DNA of 63,807 bases, the filler included, from Pirum gemmata (lineage: Eukaryota), in NCBI GenBank assembly GCA_002812295.1. It is 14 parts of 14 records of this genome, joined end to end, with 100 filler letters (N's around TTAATTAATTAA, not from the genome) between each part and the next. Parts side by side here need not be neighbours in the genome. Positions count along the whole stretch, not along the records: positions 8,992 to 13,401 come from PDIN01001197.1; positions 13,502 to 17,910 come from PDIN01001198.1; positions 18,011 to 22,418 come from PDIN01001199.1; positions 22,519 to 26,925 come from PDIN01001200.1; 10 more parts are not named here. The stretch is one strand, 5' to 3'. The position numbers were made by a program, and so were the translations under genes. Shown piece by piece: positions 12,477-24,433 of the stretch (the first letter of the stretch is position 1; each line of letters opens with the position of its first letter). The notes below the pieces were generated by a model. That model did no database searches and was not told the DNA's origin. It was given only the letters and a program-made list of their open reading frames with translations.

Positions 12477-13032
12477 CATCAATATTAATTATCATTATTC
12501 TAAACATTATTATAATTATAATTATCATTATCATTATCATTATTATCATTATCATTATTAATTATCATTATTCTAAACTATTATCATTATTATAATTGAT
12601 CATTAAATTTTCATTACCTATTTTTTCATTCGTACAAGCTTTATTCTCTCTTACTTTAGTACAGCTTGCTATAGTTCTTGCCCCATTCCAAGCAGCATAC
12701 CACTCTCTATCACGCCATTGAATATTACGATAAACATAGTTACCATTTTTACATTGATTATTGACAACTAAATTATTGTGTTTCATCTCTAACAAGTCCA
12801 AATCATTAGTTTCCTCAGCCACGACAGAATCATAAGAACAAGCTTGATAAGAAAACTGCTTACAACTTGGGGATTTGCATTTAATTGCAGTTATAAACGC
12901 TTCGTTGGCATTAAAAATACGGTGATTGTCATTTTGGGTTACACATGAATCAAGGGTTCGTTGCGCTACACTGTTATCGTAGTATAAAATATCACAACAA
13001 CTTAATGCTCTTTCTTCACAATCTGTTCCACT
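9084..13032 (-). CDS. Large cell-surface LRR protein with CxxC (furin/VSP-like) repeats and hydrophobic C-terminal tail (possible GPI signal); 5' partial; exons 13032-12618, 12261-10467, 10326-9084
   Basis: GT-AG introns 12617-12262 (phase 1) and 10466-10327 (phase 2) join three ORF-track pieces in frame; the second junction rebuilds an LRR C-cap FKL|DITHNELECC. Many LxxLxLxxN repeats and CxxCxxGF repeats; ends SAGVITNVMLGLIYSCMLAFVLA. Confidence 0.85.
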
Positions 13033-13036
13033 CTAT

Positions 13037-13088
<52 letters not shown>

Positions 13089-13531
13089 TAAATAAATAAA
13101 ATATTAAATGATAATGATAATGATAATGATAATGATAATGATAATGATAGTGATAATGACAGTGATGATGATTATTATCATTATCATTAATAATACTGGT
13201 AATAATAAAAATGATAATAATAATAATGATAAAGCATAAATAATAAATGATAATAAATGATAAATGATAAATGATAATAAATAATAAATAATAATAATAA
13301 TACTATATAATAATAAATGATAATAACAATAATGACAATGATATAATAATAATAATAATAATAAATGATAAATGATAATAATAAATGATAATAAATAATA
13401 ANNNNNNNNNNNNNNNNNNNNNNNNNNNNNNNNNNNNNNNNNNNNTTAATTAATTAANNNNNNNNNNNNNNNNNNNNNNNNNNNNNNNNNNNNNNNNNNN
13501 NATAACATCATCAACAACAACAACAACAACA

Positions 13532-13569
<38 letters not shown>

Positions 13570-13647
13570 GATGATAATGATAGTGATAATGATAATAATA
13601 ATATTAATAATAATAATAATAATGATGATAGCGAAGATAGAGATCTA

Positions 13648-14391
13648 TTGGTAGATGGCATGGTTCATTTAAATCTACATACAAACACCCAAAGCCGTGA
13701 GGAGGAAATTGACAAAGATTTTGACATCAATATTACTCAAAATCAGTTTGAGACAATCAATGACGATGACCAAAATGAATCTGTCCTCACTGCGTTTCAG
13801 GAAATTTTCGAGTGCGTGAAACAATTCGATCATAATAGTATGAACTTTGAAACATGCACAACGCAACAATTGAATAGTTTAATAGATAAAATGAAAAATG
13901 CATTCCTGAAGTTTAGAATGGTCAAAAGGGAACGTGGCTCTTGTACAAGTGAAAGAAAAGTTAAATCTTTAAAAGAGAGATGGTTTAGAAAAGTAGAGTT
14001 TCCAGATCAAATAATAAGCTTTGTTTGCCAAAGAGATGCAGTTGTCCAATTGGTAATTAAGAAAGCAACACAAAATTCTCCTGGAACAGTTACTGCTCAC
14101 TACAGAGTTTTATCAATATATACCAAGTTTTACAACAAATGGTTTATGTATGATCCCGAGCACGATACACATAAGCCTAAAAACAACAAGGGTGAAGTGA
14201 TCACCGATCCAGTGTGTAAGGTTCATCTGATCATGGTTGAAAAGCCTATTGAAACTAGAAACTTTTTTATTGTGAAAAACTATTTTCAATTATCAGAATT
14301 GGAAAAAAAACACTGGAAAAAGGTTGTGTCACTCAAAAGCATAAAAGATAAAATTTTTGGCCATCTACAATTACAAAATCGCCAATTATAA
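13648..14391 (+). CDS. Hypothetical protein, probably the 3' part of a larger gene or mobile-element ORF
   Basis: 247-codon non-repetitive ORF in very AT-rich DNA; begins next to a microsatellite at the scaffold edge; no family recognised (KSLKERWF, YRVLSIYTKFYNKWF). Confidence 0.55.
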   Translation: MVDGMVHLNLHTNTQSREEEIDKDFDINITQNQFETINDDDQNESVLTAFQEIFECVKQFDHNSMNFETCTTQQLNSLIDKMKNAFLKFRMVKRERGSCTSERKVKSLKERWFRKVEFPDQIISFVCQRDAVVQLVIKKATQNSPGTVTAHYRVLSIYTKFYNKWFMYDPEHDTHKPKNNKGEVITDPVCKVHLIMVEKPIETRNFFIVKNYFQLSELEKKHWKKVVSLKSIKDKIFGHLQLQNRQL

Positions 14392-15452
14392 TTCTAATTA
14401 TGTACTTTGTAATATTGTCTTTATATATATAGCTCATGTTTATTCATGTTTACAAAGCTTTTACAATGTAATAAATAAGTTAAATTAGAATAAATAGTCT
14501 ACAAGTAATATCTTCTGATACTAAATACGCTAATTACACTATTTATATTTATAAATATCGAAAAAAACTGAGTCTTCTAACACTATTTACACTATTTATA
14601 TGTCTAAAAAAAAAAAAAACTAAAAAACTCTAGTCTAGCTAGCTAGTAGTAGCTACTACTACCAGTAGCTANNNNNNNNNNNNNNNNNNNNNNNNNNNNN
14701 NNNNNNNNNNNNNNNNNNNNNNNNNNNNNNNNNNNNNNNNNNNNNNNNNNNNNNNNNNNNNNNNNNNNNNNNNNNNNNNNNNNNNNNNNNNNNNNNNNNN
14801 NNNNNNNNNNNNNNNNNNNNNNNNNTTTTTTTTTTTGACTTTCCGCCGAAAAAAGTCGTGCTAGGCTATATAGTAAAGGTCACGTGATGTCACCCCCTCT
14901 CTAGCTAGTAGTAGTACTAGACTTCTACTAGCTAGCTAGCTATGATAGTATCATAGCTAGTAGTAGCTAGCTTCATACTAGCTAGTCGCTAGTAGGAGCT
15001 AGCTTCATATGGTCATACTATGATATAAAAGTCAGTATGATAAGTTCTAACTTCTAACATGTTCTAACAGTGTTCTATAATTATAAGTGTTCTATATAAA
15101 ATATTATTATCTAAAACTAACTATCATAGGGATTCATAGCTAGCTAGACTGAGTCTACTAGCTAGACTAGCTAGCTAGTAGACTGTCACTAGCTAGGAAA
15201 AATAAGAAAAATTAATAATAATAATAATTTTTTTTTTTTATAATAATTATGATAATAATAATAATAATTATATTAATTATTTTGATTTTTTTACTTTTTT
15301 TTATCACATTTTTTTGTAGACTATATAAATTATTATTATTTGTTCAATGGTATAATATTAATTAAAAATATATTATTATTATAAATAAATGACTTATAGA
15401 CCTAAATAAAATAAATAAATGACACAACTAATGATCATCTTTCATTATAATT

Positions 15453-15627
15453 TATCGTGCTTTTCATTTAGTTTGTCACTCTTAATATTTATTTGGAGGG
15501 TTAAAATCTTTAAATTGGCATTTTTAAATCAATACATAGATAATAAAATATACAAAATTAAATCAAATGGATTTATATTATAGTAATGTTTATGATAACA
15601 ATTGCAAAACAACTGAAAAGCACTATA
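15453..15627. mobile_element. MITE family A copy beside a paralogous empty site
   Basis: TATCGTGCTTTTCA...TGAAAAGCACTATA; its flanks are duplicated at about 15705-15850 without the element. Confidence 0.8.
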
Positions 15628-16127
15628 GAGTATAGACTACTGTGCATAATCAATCCAACTTATTTATCGATATAAAATAAGTATAAAATATCATACCAAA
15701 TATACTTATAGACTTAAATAAAATTAATAAATGACACAATGTTAACTAATGATCATCTTTCATTATTATATTTTAGACTACTGTGTATAATCCAACTTAT
15801 TTATCGATATAAAATACAACATTAAGTATAAAATATCATACCAAATATTATTGATTAGTTAAAAGTTTAAAACATGTCTGATACCGATAGTTTAACCATA
15901 ATAATAATCTAATATCTATATATAGTACTAATCTACGCTTATATTTTCAGGTTTATATTTCAGTTTTTGAATATATATTTTAAAATATTGTTCAAAAAAC
16001 ATGATATAGTCTATTTATCCCTAACTAACCCTATATAACTAATTAATTTTTTAACCATGAGACCTATATAACATGTACGGTGTATTAATTAATATCATAA
16101 TTTTTATAAGTCTCATAGCATGTCCTA

Positions 16128-16827
16128 CCCCTAATAACCCTAATTATATCATAATCCTAACCCTAACCTAACCCTAGCCCTAATATTTCCTAACCCCCTC
16201 CTAAACTAGCCTAACCCAAACCTTCCCAAGCCCAATCCTAACAGGACCACCTTAACCCTATAGCCAATTAATTACCTTTACCCTGTCCAATTGATGATGC
16301 TGTTGTTAACGCTGTTTTAATGTCTACCTGCCATCACAAATAGTATCCCGGAGAACACCAAATCTAATCCTTTCAATTTATCCCATTGTTAAGTTTTATT
16401 TGACGCATTTTTTTTTGCGAATTATTAATTCCTTAAAAATTGGGTTATTTTTTCTGCTCTATATGTTCAATTGGTAAAGAAGTATGATATATTGAACTTT
16501 TAAGCGAAAAGTCAAAGGTTCTTCACAAGAGCTTCACTAGTACTGTGAATCAAAAAGTTTTGAAAACGGTCAAGTATTGCAAAAGTTAGCCAAGGAACAA
16601 CTTTGGTGTCCGTTTGAACACAGGTAACATGCAGGCATAAACGTTGTAATTATAATACATATATATAAATATATCATATATATTAATACATATATAATAT
16701 AACATTATTATGATTTATAATATTAATGTTAAAACGTTAACGTTGTTAATTAATTAAGGTTGTTATTGTTATATATAGAACCAGGTTAGAGTTAGGGTTA
16801 GGGTTAGGGTTAGGGTTAGGGTTAGGG
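16128..16827. repeat. Interstitial telomeric arrays: degenerate (CCCTAA)n at about 16128-16262 and (TTAGGG)n at about 16784-16827
   Basis: Read directly from the sequence. Confidence 0.8.
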
Positions 16828-17155
16828 AATCTAGAATAAACTTTGCCGTCTTTCCTTCTAATCAAGGTAATGGTCTTTCGGCTCTTGGCTATATTTTGAA
16901 TATTAAAATATACCAGATAATTATCGATATCGATATATTCGATATAAATTATAAATTATTATTTTAAAAATTGCTATATTATTTTATATTAATATATTTA
17001 TACATAATATATAATTATATGTTAACGTCGCGTTTTAATTTTAAAACATTTAAAAAATATTGTTATAAAAAAAATTTTAAGTTAAGGTTATATTGCAATT
17101 GTACATGTTATTGTGTTGTTAATTGTTGTTATTAAAAAATTGTTAAATTTAACGT

Positions 17156-17189
<34 letters not shown>

Positions 17190-17257
17190 TAATAATAATA
17201 ATAGTAATAATAATAATATTGATATCGATATAAAATGATAATAACATAATAATATAT

Positions 17258-17584
17258 TTATGATATTATGTACATATGTAGATGATATAATACTGTTATT
17301 AACGTTGCTGTATTGGTACTGATATAAGTAGCTGTGGCAGTATTCAATTCTTCTTCTTCCTCGACATCGTCATCAAAATCATCATCATCATCATCATCTT
17401 TTACATCATTATCATCATCATCATCATCATTGTTTGCATTGCTGTTAGGATTATTTAAAACATTCGAGGTAACTTTATTATTGTTTGATAATTGAATGTT
17501 TTCCCAGATTGTCTTGCCATTGGCGAGACTTTTCCCGTTAATATCATATCCATTTCCTTTAATTAGAACAGTTACTTTGTTGAA

Positions 17585-17632
<48 letters not shown>

Positions 17633-17707
17633 TATGTCGCTGCATTGTGTATAAGGAACATATGTGAATAACAATAATAATATTCCTGTTGTAAAAAAGG
17701 TCTTCAT
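17258..17707 (-). CDS. Putative secreted low-complexity (Asn/Asp-rich) protein, probably a first exon
   Basis: Signal-peptide-like MKTFFTTGILLLLFTYVPYTQC, then non-repetitive KVTVLIKGNGYDINGKSLANGKTIWENIQL between homopolymer runs. Confidence 0.45.
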
Positions 17708-18510
17708 ATTGGGAAAAAAATTATTATTATTATATAGTAATAATTGTTTTTATATATATGTTTTTTATAATTTTATTATAATAATATTATAATATTATAA
17801 ATAACGTTTAATACTGAAATTATAATATTATTATTAATATTGGTAGTAGTAGTTTTATTGTTTTTGTTTTTTTTATATTTTTATTTTATTTTTTTATTTA
17901 TCTATTTTTANNNNNNNNNNNNNNNNNNNNNNNNNNNNNNNNNNNNNNNNNNNNTTAATTAATTAANNNNNNNNNNNNNNNNNNNNNNNNNNNNNNNNNN
18001 NNNNNNNNNNATAATAATAATAATAATATAATACCTGGTACTAAGACTCACCTATGATACTATGTCATAATATTATATAGCTACTAGCTCTAGCTACCTA
18101 CTAGCTAGCTAGCTAGTTAGTTCTTAGACTAGCTGTAGAACTAGCTAGCTAGCTATCAGAATCTTATCAGATAGTAAGCATGCATTGTCATTTCATGAAT
18201 CAGACTCTTCAACACAAACGCTACCGAAATATATTTTTATATAGCCAAATTGTTTTATAATAGAATAATATATATTAAATTTATTGTCACAAACGAACCC
18301 TATTTAAAAATAAATTTCTAAAAACCTTTAATGATAACTAGCCAAATTATTTTAAAAAACAAGTCATTGGTTCATAATAAAGTTTTCTCAGTTATAATAT
18401 TTCTCAAAACTTGGTAGTACTTTCATTAAAATTGGTTCATTTTGAATTTCTGAGCTCACATGGCGGACGCACCCATTTTTATCTGAAAAGGAAGTTCTGG
18501 TTGAAGAAAC

Positions 18511-18695
18511 TATTGTGCTTTTCAGTTTTGTCATCATAATATATATATTAAATGGTACCAAATTAATACAATATAAATCCATTTCATTTAATTTGGTATA
18601 TTTTATTATATAGTTATTTATTTAGAAGTATCAATTTAAATATTACAAACAACCAAATAAATATTTTTAGTGACAAAATAAATGAAAAGCACAAT
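18511..18695. mobile_element. MITE family A copy
   Basis: TATTGTGCTTTTCAG...TGACAAAATAAATGAAAAGCACAAT with the conserved internal sequence. Confidence 0.75.
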
Positions 18696-20209
18696 CAAAA
18701 GTATCAAACTAGACTACCCTTAACCCCTAACTACAGTCTACAGATCTCTAACTACCCAGGAAGTATCCAGCTCAGGGACCCCGGACCAGGGTAATAATTA
18801 TACTATCAAATAGTATCAATACTAGGAAGTCTAGGATTACAGTTTAGTTTACTGTTTACTAGCTGAAGTTTTTAATTAGTCTAAAATAGGAAAAAAATCC
18901 AGTAAAGGAATTTTAGTCAAAATGGTGAACATCAAGACTTTATTTTGGTTGGTTGTATGTTAGCGTTATGTTAGCTTATTTTAGTGTTATTTTTCATTTG
19001 CTTTTTTGTTCTTGCTATCTCAGCCTATCGTATGATTCGTATCATAATAATTAATAATTATTATTATACACTATTATACTCGTAGAGTCATAGACTCATA
19101 GAGTCATAGACTCATATAATCATATTATTGATTCACATCTACAATGATCTACTCACCTCCATCTCCAGTTCAAATCAGGTTCACAACTCTTGAACTTCAC
19201 ATCTAATTAATCACTGCAGCCTGCAGACTGAGACTGCAGACCAGCTAGTTTTTTGTTTATTTTTTATTTCAGTTGTTTTGTCATTATTTATATTATTTAT
19301 TTATTAGACTATAAAAATTTTTAATATAGACTAAAATAAAGAATATTATTATGATGATACCAAATAAATACAACATAAATCTATTTCATTTTATTTGGTA
19401 TATTTTATTATTTAAAATTGTCAATTTCAATACTATAACCAACCAAATAAATATTCAGAGTGACAAAATAAATGAAAAGCACAGTAGACTAGACTATGTT
19501 CAGAACTCTCAAAAGGTTCAGAAATGTTCAGAACTGTTCAGACTCCAGAGTACCTCAGTACCAGTACTACCAGGTCCCTCGAACCATGAGGCCCCACGCT
19601 CGAACTTTGATGACACAATATACCATGCCATATTATGGCCCTTTGATTATAACATCAGATAATGATAGTCTATTATGTATTAATTAAACTATATTATTGA
19701 TATGATATAATATTAAATACTATATCATAATATTATATAATTTATATTACATAAATATAATTATCATAATTATACAAAGGGCCGAAAGACCAACATCTGG
19801 TTCCATTATCATAATAATATTATATTATGTTGATATATCGTATATTATATTATATTATATTATTTATAATATAGACTAGTCTACTAGTACTTTTCAGTTG
19901 TTGAAATATGCAATAAATAGTACCAAATTTGCTATATTTTGCTATATTTTATTATCTATGTATTGATTTAAAAATGTCAATTTAAAGATTAATAATATGA
20001 AAATAATAAAATAATAATAATAAAAAATATATTATTATTATATTAATATAGATAGTTACCGATAATAAACTGTATAGACTAGCTAGATCAAGAACCCCAG
20101 GAAATTTATTTGATACCTTGGTCCTAACTAGTATAATAGCTATCATGGTAGAGACTAACAAGCAAGGTAAGAGCTAACTAACATTGACCAACAAGTTACT
20201 GTCAATTTA

Positions 20210-20351
20210 GGGAGCATTCGTGAAGGACGTCACTTAGTCATTGCTCAAAAGTATGACTTAAACTGTTTTAATTAGTAATTAATTATTAAAATGAACTTTA
20301 AAAATTAAAAGTCATAGGTAAGATTAGGTGACGTCCGTTATGAATGATTCC
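20210..20351. mobile_element. PIF/Harbinger-like MITE with TTA target-site duplication
   Basis: tta|GGGAGCATTCGTGAAGGACGTCACTTA ... TAGGTGACGTCCGTTATGAATGATTCC|tta; a reverse partial copy lies at about 22298-22408. Confidence 0.75.
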
Positions 20352-21540
20352 TTATCATATTAATACAATCAAGTAAAATTGGACTTCTCGCATTAATATA
20401 TATTATATATTATTAATAGGATATCAACAATCGCAATCAACAATTAACAATAAATTTAAATAATCAACCGACAACAATCCCTTCAAATTTTAAAAATTAA
20501 CAATCAACAATCGAAAATCAACAATCAACAATCAACAATCAACAATTAACTGCAATGATCAAAAATCAACAATCAAAAATCGACAATCAACAATCAATTT
20601 CAACAAGCAAAAATTAAAAATCAAAAATCAATCAACAACCAATAAGCAACAATCAATAATAATCAACTATCAACAATATTCAACTATCCATAATCAACAA
20701 CAACATGTTAACAGCAACAAACAGCAAACAACAAAAACAACAGCAACAAATTTAAACCACAACGACAAAAACAGACAACAACAACAAAATCATGATCATC
20801 ATCAAAATTACATTTAAAAAATTACTTTGCTTTTTGCTGCTTCTTGAGTATTTTAATAATTAATTATATATGATTTAATTAATTCATTTTTTTTTCTTCA
20901 ACTTCGAACACATACGAGAAAATGTGTTTGGGCAGTGCATTTGGAGGAGAGGGGGGGGGGGGGGGAAATATACTCAAACCCAGTTAAAATAATTATGATA
21001 AAAGTGAGACTATGAAACTGACCCCCCAAATTATTACATAAAAAAAAGTGAACTAAAACACATTTATTTGGAAGGGTAACTCATGATCAGGTACTATCAG
21101 GTAGACTAATAAGAGGTCTACTTCAAAATAAGTATTTGGAGGGGGTAGGATATACTCCTGGATATTATCATAGTCTACTGATAGCTCTACTGATAGTCTA
21201 CTGCACTATCTAATCATATAAATATATTAGTCTATAATAATCAACTTCAAGACTTCAACACTTCTTCAATCTATCAATGTAGTATCAATGTAGCAAATGT
21301 CATGTATGATATGATTAGTATCTGATATGATACAATTTTGTACACTAGCTAGCTAGCTACGAACTATAGCACATGGCATTGTACACTACAGGGTAGTCTA
21401 CGTATACTGTACCACTAAGACTCCTAGTAGTTATTAATAATATATAATTTATTAATAGCTATAATATTATAATATTATACACACACATAAATTATATATT
21501 TATTATAATATTAATATATTAATTAACATATATATATATA

Positions 21541-21600
21541 GTAAAAAATCACTCTTTTTCGCCATTAATTAGAATGGCGAAAAAAAGAGTGTTTTTTTAC
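21541..21600. repeat. 60-bp foldback palindrome embedded in (TA)n
   Basis: GTAAAAAATCACTCTTTTTCGCCATT-aattag-AATGGCGAAAAAAAGAGTGTTTTTTTAC flanked by TA runs on both sides. Confidence 0.75.
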
Positions 21601-21747
21601 TATATATATATAGACACTTTATGTAGCTATCGTAACAAATAGCATTATCATAATAATATTATTACAGTTATTAATTATTTACACTATAATATAATATACC
21701 GGTATTAGAATAGATCTATATTATAAATATACTTGATTATATTTGAT

Positions 21748-21788
<41 letters not shown>

Positions 21789-22549
21789 TAATAATAATAA
21801 TAATAATAATAATCTCTATAAAAAAAATTATACTAGTACAATAATTATATAACAATCATATATATTATTATATGAGAAAAAGTTCCGAAAGACCCAAATC
21901 TGGTTCCATTTATTATCATACGGTATTAAAATTCGGTAATACTCGACTCAGATACTCGACTATATGACTACTATATGGTCTATATCATAGTCTACTCAGA
22001 CTCTACTGCTTTTCCATGAGGTGGTTGAACCAGTGTTGAACCGTAGTTCTCATGGTCTCGATATGGACATATATTGTTTCTTATTATTATTTTGATATTG
22101 GTCTGTAGTCTGTTACTGTCTGTAGAAGTTCTGTAGACATATAATCACATAGATATTATTAAATTCAAAGAGTATCCACTATCAGATACTAGCTAGACCT
22201 ACTACTATGATATAGGTAGGTATTCATGCATGAGATTCAGAAGTATCAAGTATTATTAAATATATAATAATAAGTATAATATAATACCAGTATTAATTAA
22301 TCTTACCTATACCTCTTTGTCCAAAACACTTTTGGTCATAATTTTAAAGTTCATTTCAATAATTAATTACTACCTAAAACAGTTTAAGTCACACTTTCGA
22401 GCAATAACTTTTTTTTTTNNNNNNNNNNNNNNNNNNNNNNNNNNNNNNNNNNNNNNNNNNNNTTAATTAATTAANNNNNNNNNNNNNNNNNNNNNNNNNN
22501 NNNNNNNNNNNNNNNNNNTTATTATTATAATTACAAATACAACTCAATC

Positions 22550-24262
22550 ATGTCGTATGCCTATCGTTTTCATAACTCTACTGCCCATTGTGATGATACC
22601 TTTTTAGGTCATCTTTTTGTTACTGGCAGTGATGGTAGTTTATTACGAAGGGAAACATATGAAAACGCCACGTGCTCTTGCAATACGCTCTACCTATCCA
22701 ACTTTAGCAATCCAATCAAAAGCATTCAATATTATTCATTGGGCAATTGTGATGTGCAAGGGATTGATTTATCAGGTAATCAGCTTACTTTTATTAACAC
22801 TACCGCGTTTAAAAAGTTTGAAAAAGATTTACAATATTTAAATCTCGAAAAAAATTTGTTATATAAGATTGATCTGGTTAACTTTCTGCAATTAGAAACG
22901 ATTAAATTAGGGCACAACTCAATTAACAATATAAGTCAAGTCTTATTACCCCCCAAAGTTCAAAATGTTTATTTACAGAATAACAATATTTCTGATTTGC
23001 CTGAATCCAGTTTATTGCCTTACTTAGACCTGGAAGTGCTAAACTTAGATTCTAACAATCTAACTGAAATTCCTAAAGATGTAAAAAATCTACTTAATTT
23101 GAATGAGTTAATAATCAGCAATAATCAACTTAAGCAATTTCAAGCTAACGAATTACATCGGGATATGACCTTATTGGAAATAAACAATAATGGATTAACA
23201 ACAATTCCGGATTTACAAGAATTTTCAAAATTACAGGTTTTTTCAGCCAGTAAGAATTATTTAAGTAAACTCCCACTTTTCGCCAAAAACAACAGTTTAG
23301 TAAGTTTATTTTTGGGTACTAATAAAATCACTGAGTTAAAAGAAAATTCATTTGCGAATTTCACAAACTTGGAGGCTTTGTTACTGAACGACAATCTTAT
23401 TGGAGTAATACCTGAAAACACGTTTTCTTTCTTGATCGAGACTTTATTTTTTCTTGATTTAAGTGGGATTTCAATGCCAGATATACCGAGCGAAGTAAGA
23501 AAATTAACTTATTTACAGTATTTTCATTATACACGAAATAAAATGACAAAGCTACAACCAGGATTTTTCAATGATTTAAAACAATTAAGAAGGTTAGTGT
23601 TATCAGATAATAGGTTGTCTGATATACCCGAGGGTACCTTAACCCCTATTAAAGATAGTTTAATATTTTTATCGTTAGATAATAACTTGTTCAAAGAAAT
23701 CCCTAAAGAAGTTCGAGAATTGGATAATCTAGTTTCCCTTTTTCTTTTCAGCAATCAAATTTCAGAGATAACAGATGGACTATTTTCATCCAAACGCTTG
23801 TCTTCTTTAGTTTTAAGAAACAATAGTATTAGTGAAATATCAAACAATGCTTTTATTGAACAAGAAAGGTTACATTTCTTACATGTTTCTGAAAATAATT
23901 TAACTAACTTCAAAAATGGCACTTTAAAACCATTATATCATACATTAAATGTTTTATTAGCCGATGGTAATAACTTCAGTAACATACCAGATGATATAGT
24001 ATATTTTACAGAATTACTTGTTGTAGATTTCTCATATAATCAAATTTTTGAAATTCATCAAAAAGTGTTAACTTATTTAAAAGAGTCGATTGTTACCAAA
24101 TCTAATACTGAAAATACAACTTATTTTGAATATGAAGATCAGACTTACGATGACATTAATCCAAAGGAAATAGCAGAATTAACTGGAAGAAAAGCTTTGT
24201 TAGTGATATCAGGGAATTATATTCCGTGCTGTGCTGAAACAGGATCTACTTTGTTTACGTAA
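22550..24262 (+). CDS. Extracellular-type LRR protein, probably partial at both ends
   Basis: Long run of LxxLxLxxNxLxxIP repeats; C-cap LVISGNYIPCC; perfect donor GTAAGT at 24259 overlaps the ORF stop. Confidence 0.85.
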   Translation: MSYAYRFHNSTAHCDDTFLGHLFVTGSDGSLLRRETYENATCSCNTLYLSNFSNPIKSIQYYSLGNCDVQGIDLSGNQLTFINTTAFKKFEKDLQYLNLEKNLLYKIDLVNFLQLETIKLGHNSINNISQVLLPPKVQNVYLQNNNISDLPESSLLPYLDLEVLNLDSNNLTEIPKDVKNLLNLNELIISNNQLKQFQANELHRDMTLLEINNNGLTTIPDLQEFSKLQVFSASKNYLSKLPLFAKNNSLVSLFLGTNKITELKENSFANFTNLEALLLNDNLIGVIPENTFSFLIETLFFLDLSGISMPDIPSEVRKLTYLQYFHYTRNKMTKLQPGFFNDLKQLRRLVLSDNRLSDIPEGTLTPIKDSLIFLSLDNNLFKEIPKEVRELDNLVSLFLFSNQISEITDGLFSSKRLSSLVLRNNSISEISNNAFIEQERLHFLHVSENNLTNFKNGTLKPLYHTLNVLLADGNNFSNIPDDIVYFTELLVVDFSYNQIFEIHQKVLTYLKESIVTKSNTENTTYFEYEDQTYDDINPKEIAELTGRKALLVISGNYIPCCAETGSTLFT

Positions 24263-24390
24263 GTTATTGTTGTTTGTTGTTTGTTGTTGTTTGTTGTTGT
24301 TATTGTTTGTTGATGGTGTTGTAGTTGTTGTTGCTGTTGTTGTTGCTGTTGTTCTTGCTATGTTATTATTATTATTCATTATTATTATTA

Positions 24391-24433
<43 letters not shown>

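Noticed and set aside
18388..18582. Apparent small-protein family MDLYCINLV (also ORFs at 40981 and 51209)
   Set aside because: The shared peptide is a translation of the MITE A interior.
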